From an uncultured Elusimicrobia bacterium (GTDB lineage: Bacteria; Elusimicrobiota; Elusimicrobia; 2-01-FULL-59-12), in the NCBI GenBank assembly GCA_963702895.1, contig OY969767.1, positions 1,760,001 to 1,824,000 of the forward strand: a DNA stretch of 64,000 nucleotides. The letters run 5' to 3'. Positions within the stretch are counted from its first letter, which is position 1; each line of letters opens with the position of its first letter. Below are positions 57,006 to 64,000 of this stretch, piece after piece. A program made the position numbers and the translations under genes. The notes below the pieces were generated by a model, which saw only the letters and a list, made by a program, of their open reading frames with translations, made no database searches and was not told where the DNA came from.

Positions 57006-59564
57006 CTAGCTCAGGGAGACGGTGATATCGAGGGTGGGGCTGGCCTGAGCGGTGAGCGCGGACCTCGGGATGAGAAACTCTGCGGCGATCTCTTGGGGCA
57101 GAGGCAGGGTTTTTCCTTGCAAAAGGATGGATTCGATGCGGTACTGTCCGTAAGGCGTTTGGGCGCGCTTGAGGTAGGTCACCTTCAGGCGCTTACCGGC
57201 AAAGCCGATCTCGGCGGAGATCTGGCCTGATTTTCCAAACTGTTCGGGAACAAGCTTGGGTGCCACGAGCAAGTCTCCCCACCTGCCGCGAAGGCCCAGC
57301 ACTTGGGTGATAAGGGTCAGCAAATACCAGCTGGCGGAGCCGGTGAGATAAAGGTACATGCCGCGCCCCTCACCGTTAAAATACTCCGGCATGCAGGGGT
57401 AAATTTTGGAGACATTCGTGTTGAGGCACATCCGGTAAAGGCTTGAAAAAACATCATGGCCTTCCTCGACGAAACCACGGCTATACAAAGCGTTCGCCAA
57501 CATCGCCGTCATATGGCTAAAGAAAGCTCCGTTTTCCTTTTCCCCGTAGGCAAAAGAAAACGCACGGCCAAGGCTGGGTTGAGTCTCCTTAAAATCTGTA
57601 TTCAACCGGTACCCGCCCAATTTTTTGTCAAAGAGATAGCGTTTGGCGGCGGCGAAGGACTGAGCGACCTGCTCGTTGGTGGCCACACCGGAAAGGATCG
57701 GAAACACCTGGCCCGTCATCGTCATGCGCACGCCCTTGGGGTGTTCCCCTTCGACCCGCTCTCCCAAATTGTTGTAATAGCCGTTAAACCAAGCGTGGCC
57801 GGAAGCGCTTTTGATCCATTCGTTTTCTCTCACATGAGACGCCAGCGTTTCGCCTTGGGCTTTGAGCTCCGCCGCTAAAGCTTTCACGGACTTCCTCGAG
57901 CGCTGCAGGGTGAGTTCCTCAAGCCCAAGCTTGTCCTTCATGACCAGCAAAGTCTCCGCCATCCGAATCAGGTTGCCGGCGTAAACCGCGGTGAAAGCCA
58001 CGCTTTCCCCACGGTCACGGGCCATATCCAGGCCGTCGTTCCAATCGGCATCCAGCAATTTGCAGTGGCCATGCTCACCGAGTCTGGAGGTCGCGGCCCC
58101 ATGCTGAACCAGCAGGTGCTCCAGGACCGTGCCGCGGCCGCCCTCAAAGTAGGGAACCTCTTCGAGAAGGAAGGGCAGGTCCCCGGTCTGATGAAGATAA
58201 AGCTCGGTCGTGATCCAGGGCCATGCACCGTGGTCCATCCAAGTGCGAGAAATGTTGTTGCGATCAGCCATGAACTCTCCCGGTTCTTGGCCGATGATGG
58301 TCGCGTTGGTGCCATCGGCCCGCACACCCGCAAAATTATTGAGAAGGAGTGTCCGAACGTCCGTCCGACGTTCGACGTCCGACGTCGGACTTCGGACGTC
58401 GGACGAGTTACCCCCCATGAGGAGAAGCGCGAGACAATCTTGCCACAGATCCCGCCAACCCCGCCCCCCTCGGCCATAGTCAAAGTCCGGAAGAAAAGAG
58501 CACCCAAAGATCTTGCGGAGGATGGGCTGAAGACTCACCCAGCGCACCCATCGTCCGAAGTCTGGATCGTCCGTTTTCACCTGGATGCGGTCGAGCTGTT
58601 CCTTCCAAAAGGCTTGGGTGTGTTCGAGGGCCTCTTGGGCTTTTTCGCTTGAACCGTAGGACTTCAGCCAGGACTGGGCTTCTTTCTTGTCTTTGGCGAT
58701 GCCCATCAGAACGAGATAGGTGACGGATTTGCCCGGGGAGAGTTTTCGGCTCTTAAAGCGAAGGGCTCCCACCGCCTCACGTCCTTGAAGTTCGACCTCT
58801 TCCAAGTCCGGCAAATCCCAATCTTCGAGGACCGCGCGTGGAGCGTCGAAAGAACCGCCTTCGCCCAGAAAGCTGGCCACGGTGGGGAAGCTCCCCGCGG
58901 GCGGCTGACCATCGGATTCGGCGCCCAGAACACCATAGACCGTCGTATTGGGAACGTGGCCTCGTTCATCAAAGGACATTGTGGGCGTCACCAGCACCCC
59001 CTGCGGCACCTGATCGATCCGGTGCAGGAGGGACGTCACATGGCGGTGATCGCGAAGATTATCAGCCGAACGGCCAAAGAGGGGAATGGCCGCTGTCGCG
59101 GTGATCGCGACCGGTTTTTTACTGATGTTCGTGAGCTCGACTTGCATCACCTCGACCCATTCAGGGCCCGCCGGAATGAAAGACGTGATGACCGATTGGA
59201 GTCCTAGCGTCTTATTCTCCCGAGTCACACGCTGCCACAGCGCACCCGCCTGAAGAAGGAGGGATTCCTTCGGTTTCGCCGCGGTCGCTGACCAAGCCCC
59301 TTTGCCTTCGACATAGATCCAGAATTGACGCGAGGACCTCGTGTTGTGAAGATCTTGCTCTGAAACGGGCAGCGTGAGGAAATGGTTTTGCCCCGCCTTA
59401 ATATCCCCATGAAGCGTCGGCGTAATCGAGGATAAAAGGCCCGCCTCATTGCAGAGCGGAAAATAGAGCCGGCTGATCTGGTCCGGGTTTCGCGCCTCAA
59501 ACTCTTCGTTGGGGTCCGTAAAAGACCACCAAGATTTCGTGTTGTTTGTTTTGGCTTTTCTCAT
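57006..59564 (-). CDS. GH94 glycoside phosphorylase (cellobiose phosphorylase-like)
   Basis: GRGWRDLWQD, ADWNDGL, GES, KENGAFFSH, TGSASW. Confidence 0.88.
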   Translation of the reverse strand: MRKAKTNNTKSWWSFTDPNEEFEARNPDQISRLYFPLCNEAGLLSSITPTLHGDIKAGQNHFLTLPVSEQDLHNTRSSRQFWIYVEGKGAWSATAAKPKESLLLQAGALWQRVTRENKTLGLQSVITSFIPAGPEWVEVMQVELTNISKKPVAITATAAIPLFGRSADNLRDHRHVTSLLHRIDQVPQGVLVTPTMSFDERGHVPNTTVYGVLGAESDGQPPAGSFPTVASFLGEGGSFDAPRAVLEDWDLPDLEEVELQGREAVGALRFKSRKLSPGKSVTYLVLMGIAKDKKEAQSWLKSYGSSEKAQEALEHTQAFWKEQLDRIQVKTDDPDFGRWVRWVSLQPILRKIFGCSFLPDFDYGRGGRGWRDLWQDCLALLLMGGNSSDVRSPTSDVERRTDVRTLLLNNFAGVRADGTNATIIGQEPGEFMADRNNISRTWMDHGAWPWITTELYLHQTGDLPFLLEEVPYFEGGRGTVLEHLLVQHGAATSRLGEHGHCKLLDADWNDGLDMARDRGESVAFTAVYAGNLIRMAETLLVMKDKLGLEELTLQRSRKSVKALAAELKAQGETLASHVRENEWIKSASGHAWFNGYYNNLGERVEGEHPKGVRMTMTGQVFPILSGVATNEQVAQSFAAAKRYLFDKKLGGYRLNTDFKETQPSLGRAFSFAYGEKENGAFFSHMTAMLANALYSRGFVEEGHDVFSSLYRMCLNTNVSKIYPCMPEYFNGEGRGMYLYLTGSASWYLLTLITQVLGLRGRWGDLLVAPKLVPEQFGKSGQISAEIGFAGKRLKVTYLKRAQTPYGQYRIESILLQGKTLPLPQEIAAEFLIPRSALTAQASPTLDITVSLS

Positions 59565-60535
59565 AAAGCGGCTAACAGTTTATCAGAAATCAAACGGACG
59601 ATGTCCTCTGGGAGCGGCGCCTCGACACGCAGCTCCGATTTCTTGATCGGATGCAAGAAGCTGAGGGCCGCCGCGTGCAAAGCGACGCGCGGAAAGCCCA
59701 GGACTTTGCGCTCCTCGAGCGTCGCGGTGCCTTGTGTCATGTGCTGATAGACGCTTCCGTCTCCGGTGTAGAGGGGGTCGCCCAACAGAGGATGTCCTAT
59801 CGCCGCGAAATGGACGCGAATCTGATGCAGTCGCCCTGTCTTGGGCATCACGCGCACGATCGAGAGCGTTGGCGCCTCTTGCCGTTCATAGATCACGCGG
59901 TAATCCGTGACAGCCAGAACGGCCTCAGGCGTATGGACCCATTGCTTGACGCGGATCTCTCCTCCCTGACGGCCGATCGGTTGGTCCAGCCTGCCTTCGC
60001 GCTTCGGCAACAGGCCCCGCACGACGGCGATGTATTCTTTTTGGATACGATGGGCTTCCATCTGACGCGTCCAGGCTTGTGCCGCTTTCGGGTTTTTAGC
60101 CAAGGCCAAGACCCCGGTGGTCTCCCGGTCAAGCCGGTGAAGCAGATGCAGTTTGCCTAAATCTTTTCGGCTATGGCGCAGCACGCCCAGGACGGTATGA
60201 TCCACGATCTTATCGGTGGGGTGCGAAAGGAGGTTCGCCGGCTTGTTGACGATGAGGAGGTCCTCATCTTCGAAGAGAATGGGCAGGGACGCCTCCGGCG
60301 CGAGCGCCGGCTCCGGACGCCGGAGATAGGCGATCTGGATCTTGTCTCCGGTGTGAACGCGCGTATTGGCTTTGGCCGTTCGTTCTTCTTTTAAGACGCG
60401 GGCCTGCTCGAGGATCCTTTGCACACGGTTTCGCGAGTAACCGGCAAGCCGTTGCGATAAAAACCGATCAATCCGGTAACCGTCATATTTTTGATCGACC
60501 TCAAAGGGCACCCACACCCAGCGCTCCGTCGTCAT
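59561..60535 (-). CDS. RluA-family pseudouridine synthase with S4 domain
   Basis: RIDRFL, NKP, HRLDRETTG, TGRLHQIRVH, GHPLLGDPLY; start at MTTERW. Confidence 0.92.
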   Translation of the reverse strand: MTTERWVWVPFEVDQKYDGYRIDRFLSQRLAGYSRNRVQRILEQARVLKEERTAKANTRVHTGDKIQIAYLRRPEPALAPEASLPILFEDEDLLIVNKPANLLSHPTDKIVDHTVLGVLRHSRKDLGKLHLLHRLDRETTGVLALAKNPKAAQAWTRQMEAHRIQKEYIAVVRGLLPKREGRLDQPIGRQGGEIRVKQWVHTPEAVLAVTDYRVIYERQEAPTLSIVRVMPKTGRLHQIRVHFAAIGHPLLGDPLYTGDGSVYQHMTQGTATLEERKVLGFPRVALHAAALSFLHPIKKSELRVEAPLPEDIVRLISDKLLAAL

Positions 60536-61302
60536 CGTTTGACCCGCATCGCAAGCCTGTCCGCAAGTTCCGGCATCCAGCGGTGCAGACGTAACGCCCA
60601 CGAGACGTACCAGGGGTAATAAAGTTCCCTTTGCCGACGCCGCAGCGCACCGAGGATCGCCCTGGCCATCTGCTCCGGAGACTTGCCAAGACGGTCTCGG
60701 AGCGTTCCCCTCTGCACGAAAGGCGAGGTCATGTCCGTTCGGATATAGCCAGGAAAAACACTCAGGACATGGATGCCGGTGCCTTGGAGTTCCTGCTGGA
60801 GGGCTTCCGAATAACCAGCCAAGGCAAACTTGGAAACGCTGTAAGAAGCCGACGTCGCGGTTCCCCATCGGCCATAAGTCGAGGAGATATTCACGATCGC
60901 GCCCTGTCGAGCCGCCCGCATCGCCGGAAGGACCGCTTGCGTGACCCGGACAGCGCTCATGACGTTGTTTTCAAAAGCCCGGGCATACTCCTCGGGCAAA
61001 GCCTCGCGCAGGGGTGTGTTGAAGTTGGAGCCCGCATTATTGATCAAAAGCGTAATGTTGCCCCAGCGTGATTGGACCTCGGCCAGGACCTCGGCGATAT
61101 GCGCCGGATCGGCCGCGTTGCCTGCCCTGGCCAAAATCTTGCCGGACCCCGTCCCGGAAGCGATGGAATGGCACGTTTCTTCGAGGATCTCTTTCCGACG
61201 ACCCGTCAGGAGTACGCTTGCGCCTTCGCGATAGAGCTCCTCGGCTAAGGCTCGGCCGATGCCGGTCCCCCCGCCTGTAATCCAAGCCAGCGTTATGGAC
61301 AT
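60532..61302 (-). CDS. SDR family oxidoreductase
   Basis: TGGGTGIG, NNAG, NISS, YSVSK. Confidence 0.92.
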   Translation of the reverse strand: MSITLAWITGGGTGIGRALAEELYREGASVLLTGRRKEILEETCHSIASGTGSGKILARAGNAADPAHIAEVLAEVQSRWGNITLLINNAGSNFNTPLREALPEEYARAFENNVMSAVRVTQAVLPAMRAARQGAIVNISSTYGRWGTATSASYSVSKFALAGYSEALQQELQGTGIHVLSVFPGYIRTDMTSPFVQRGTLRDRLGKSPEQMARAILGALRRRQRELYYPWYVSWALRLHRWMPELADRLAMRVKR

Positions 61303-61580
61303 ACTTTGGTCACGAGCCGAATATCTTCCAGGACCATGGCCACGGCTTCGCAATGCTCGCGGGGACCCGTGTAAACAACAGCCTTCCCACTGCGATGAAC
61401 CGTGTTCGCCAGGTCCATCCCCCGCTCGTAACTGACATGGATCGCTTTCATGAGCTGGCGTGCGACCTCTTCGAACGTGTGGCAGTTGCAGTTAAAAAGG
61501 ATCGTATTCCAGGGGAGGCCTCGCGTGGTGCCATCGGTGGTCTTCTCTTGCTTACGCGGTTTCTGCAGGGATAGGGTCAT
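61293..61580 (-). CDS. clpS: ATP-dependent Clp protease adaptor ClpS-like
   Basis: WNTILFN..HTFEEV..VH.SGKAVV; start at MTLSLQK. Confidence 0.78.
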   Translation of the reverse strand: MTLSLQKPRKQEKTTDGTTRGLPWNTILFNCNCHTFEEVARQLMKAIHVSYERGMDLANTVHRSGKAVVYTGPREHCEAVAMVLEDIRLVTKVCP

Positions 61581-62037
61581 CCGGCACTCCTCCCGTCTGA
61601 CGCAGCGCTTCGAAGAGAACGACCCCAACCGCTGTCGATAAATTGAGCGATCGCACGGAACCTTCAAGCATGGGAATCCGATAGAGCCGCTGCTCATAGC
61701 GCTGGAGGACCGCGTTGGGGAGCCCGGCCGTTTCACAACCGAAAATCAAATAGCTGTTTTCCGTAAAGTGAGCATCCCAATACCGTCGTTTTGCTTTCTT
61801 CGAAAAGAAGAACAGCTCCGCATCCGGGGGAAGCGTTTTGAGAAATTCGGCCCAATCCGTATGTTGAACCAGTTGCACCCGCTCCCAATAGTCAAGCCCT
61901 GATCTTTTGAGGTAGGGCTGATCCAGCGAAAAACCGAGTTTGCCGACCAGATGAAGCGTGGAACCCGTGGCCAAACAGCTCCGCCCGACATTGCCGGTAT
62001 TTCCCGGGATATCCGGCTCATAGAGCACCACGTGCAT
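61552..62037 (-). CDS. trmL: tRNA (cytidine/uridine(34)-2'-O)-methyltransferase
   Basis: VLYEPDIPGNTGN.GR, RSGLDYW, FG.ET.GLP, RSLNLS; start at MHVVL. Confidence 0.92.
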   Translation of the reverse strand: MHVVLYEPDIPGNTGNVGRSCLATGSTLHLVGKLGFSLDQPYLKRSGLDYWERVQLVQHTDWAEFLKTLPPDAELFFFSKKAKRRYWDAHFTENSYLIFGCETAGLPNAVLQRYEQRLYRIPMLEGSVRSLNLSTAVGVVLFEALRQTGGVPDDPIPAETA

Positions 62038-62045
62038 AGGACCAA

Positions 62046-63350
62046 TTATACCTGCCCCCCAGGCGATTCGTGCTTCGCTGATGGGCTGGCCAGAAGCGCC
62101 GCCAGCCGCGAGGCTGCTCCTGAGAAGTCGTGACGAGCGGCCCATGCCGCTCCGGCTAGTCCCATACGCTTGAGCCAAGGCCGATCCGACAAAAGGCGCC
62201 TGAGGCCCTGCAGGAGGTGCTTTGGAACAGAGGAACGGGAGACCTCAGGCAACATCTCGCCAAACTCCGGCTGGAAGATTTCACACGCCCCATGGGTGTA
62301 AGTGGTCAAGACGGGCAGCCCTGCGCGGAGAGCCTCCATCATCGTTAAACCATAACTTTCATGGATGGATGGGAAGACATAGAGGTCAGCCAGTCTAAAA
62401 AGTGCCTGTTTCTTTGCCCCAGACGTATGGCCTATGAAATGGACGCGGGTTTTTCGAAGTCTTCCCGCCATTTTTTTGAGTTTCTTTTCATAGGACTTTC
62501 CCATCATATAGGCCGCCTCCCCCGAGAGGATCACGGTCACGCCTTCCCGGGGGTAATCCAACTTTTTCTCCCAGAGCGCCAAGGCTTCCAAAAGGCCATG
62601 CTGTCCTTTTTCAGGAGCGATTCGACTGAGCAGGAGAAGGACCGGGGAGCCAGCTCGGAGGTCATACTGATATCGATAGGATTCCATCTCGCGGGTGATG
62701 TCCTCCTCCGGCAGGTTCTCCACCCTGGAGCCCCACGGGATCACGTGCACGCTCTCAGAATGAAGATCCGGATAGCAGGCGAGAAGCACAGACTTCATGC
62801 GCTGGGACGGGACCACGAGCCCCTGGGAATAAGTGACGCTGGCCTCCTGTTTCTTCCAGATGAGTTTGAGCACGTGAGGCATCAGCCACGAAAGCCCGTG
62901 TTGGCTGATCGCTCGATACGCCGCGGTGGTCCACTCGGGCCTCACGAGCCCCCTCAAATAAATTCGCGTGACGTAATCGACGACATCCACATGATAAAGG
63001 GTGAAGAGGGTGTAGCCTTTGCGGGCCAGCGTCTTAAAATCCGGCCCTTCGGACACGTCGTTGCAGAGCACGACCACCTGGCGGGGGTCGTACTGCAGAA
63101 TGGCCTCCGTCACGGCTCGCTCAAACCGGCGGCAAAAGCTTGCGTACTGCAGCGCAGAATAGTGAACGAGGTCTTTGTGCCGCGGAGAGGGGATCCCCAG
63201 GACCTCGGGGCCAAGCATTCGAAACGGAAAAGGCTTGGTTTCGGTCCAGGACTGCGCCAGCGCCTGGCCAATGGCAGCCCCGCCCCCGAGAGGAACCTGA
63301 CCGAGGTCGAAACCGCTGTGCGCCGCTGTGTAGAGAATGGTTTTCACCAC
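62046..63350 (-). CDS. GT4 glycosyltransferase
   Basis: SRIAPEKG, YVFPSIHESYGLTMMEA. Confidence 0.88.
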   Translation of the reverse strand: MVKTILYTAAHSGFDLGQVPLGGGAAIGQALAQSWTETKPFPFRMLGPEVLGIPSPRHKDLVHYSALQYASFCRRFERAVTEAILQYDPRQVVVLCNDVSEGPDFKTLARKGYTLFTLYHVDVVDYVTRIYLRGLVRPEWTTAAYRAISQHGLSWLMPHVLKLIWKKQEASVTYSQGLVVPSQRMKSVLLACYPDLHSESVHVIPWGSRVENLPEEDITREMESYRYQYDLRAGSPVLLLLSRIAPEKGQHGLLEALALWEKKLDYPREGVTVILSGEAAYMMGKSYEKKLKKMAGRLRKTRVHFIGHTSGAKKQALFRLADLYVFPSIHESYGLTMMEALRAGLPVLTTYTHGACEIFQPEFGEMLPEVSRSSVPKHLLQGLRRLLSDRPWLKRMGLAGAAWAARHDFSGAASRLAALLASPSAKHESPGGQV

Positions 63351-63369
63351 AACATGTTATTATACGCGC

Positions 63370-64000
63370 ATGAAATGGCTGGATTTCCTCGAGCGCCGCG
63401 TGCCGTTTCTCACGATTCCCCAGTTCCCGCTTTTTCTTGCGACAGCCAATGGTGTCTGCTACTTCTTGACCCAGGCCCAGCCGGAATTTGTGAGCAAGCT
63501 CACACTGTCCCCCACGGCCATCCGCGCGGGCGAATGGTGGAGAGTGCTGAGCTTTCTCTTCGTACCCCCGCTGATCCATCCGATTCTTCTTATCTTCTGG
63601 CTTTTTCTCCTCTATCAGTTCGCGCAATCTCTGGAAAACGCCTGGGGAGAATTCCGTTTTTTCTTTTTTTATCTCTTTGGCGCGGTGGTGACGGCGGCGG
63701 CCTCTGTTTTGATCTTGAACGGCCCGATCGGGAACGCTTACTTGAACACCACGCTCTTCTTGGCTTTTGCGACGCTCTTCCCGGATTACGAACTCCTTCT
63801 TTTCTTCTTCTTGCCCATCAGGATCAAATACCTTGCCTATCTGACCTGGTTGATGACGATCACCGCTTTTCTCTTGGGCAGCATGACGGACCGCGTGGCC
63901 ATCAGCGCCTCACTGGCCAATTATTTTCTTTTCTTTGGCTCGAGCCTCTGGCGAGTGGTGGTCCTTCGGTGGGGTATCTACAAGAACCGACGACGACTCA
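63370..64000 (+). CDS. Rhomboid-like membrane protein, 3'-truncated by window edge
   Basis: ATG at 63370 with the frame open to the window end: MKWLDFLERR..GEWWRVLSFLF..LENAWG..F..FY..FLAFATLFPD; absent from the ORF track because there is no stop. Confidence 0.8.
   Translation, partial: MKWLDFLERRVPFLTIPQFPLFLATANGVCYFLTQAQPEFVSKLTLSPTAIRAGEWWRVLSFLFVPPLIHPILLIFWLFLLYQFAQSLENAWGEFRFFFFYLFGAVVTAAASVLILNGPIGNAYLNTTLFLAFATLFPDYELLLFFFLPIRIKYLAYLTWLMTITAFLLGSMTDRVAISASLANYFLFFGSSLWRVVVLRWGIYKNRRRL

Overview
GC-rich bacterial chromosome segment with about 60 CDS. The PorV/PorQ-like barrel paired with a T9SS-CTD-type cargo, and the general gene style, suggest an Elusimicrobiota-like organism (inference). 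Housekeeping content: a peptidoglycan-recycling operon (namZ-nagZ-BadF-type kinase), mug, mltA, tandem-domain thyX, queC/queD, exbB-exbD-tonB, cstA, uppP, a RuBisCO-like mtnW-mtnB pair, ychF, ispH, a GH94 phosphorylase, an RluA synthase, clpS and trmL. One IS30 element is present. The most unusual region is 53.08-54.10 kb. It holds an intact tRNA-Asn(GTT) inside a tandem array with two small GIY-YIG nuclease genes whose 3' ends are built from duplicated tRNA 3' fragments. It also holds a second tRNA copy interrupted at three positions by precisely inserted double hairpins (CGCC..GGCG). Other observations: two ~275-bp MITE-like elements and a solo end sitting at stop codons, convergent 7/10-nt periodic arrays inside coding sequences, REP-like palindromes, many apparently leaderless genes including overlapping bidirectional -10 boxes, and a PorV-cargo-TPR operon without canonical T9SS core genes in the window. 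All calls come from motif recognition by eye; no database searches were run.
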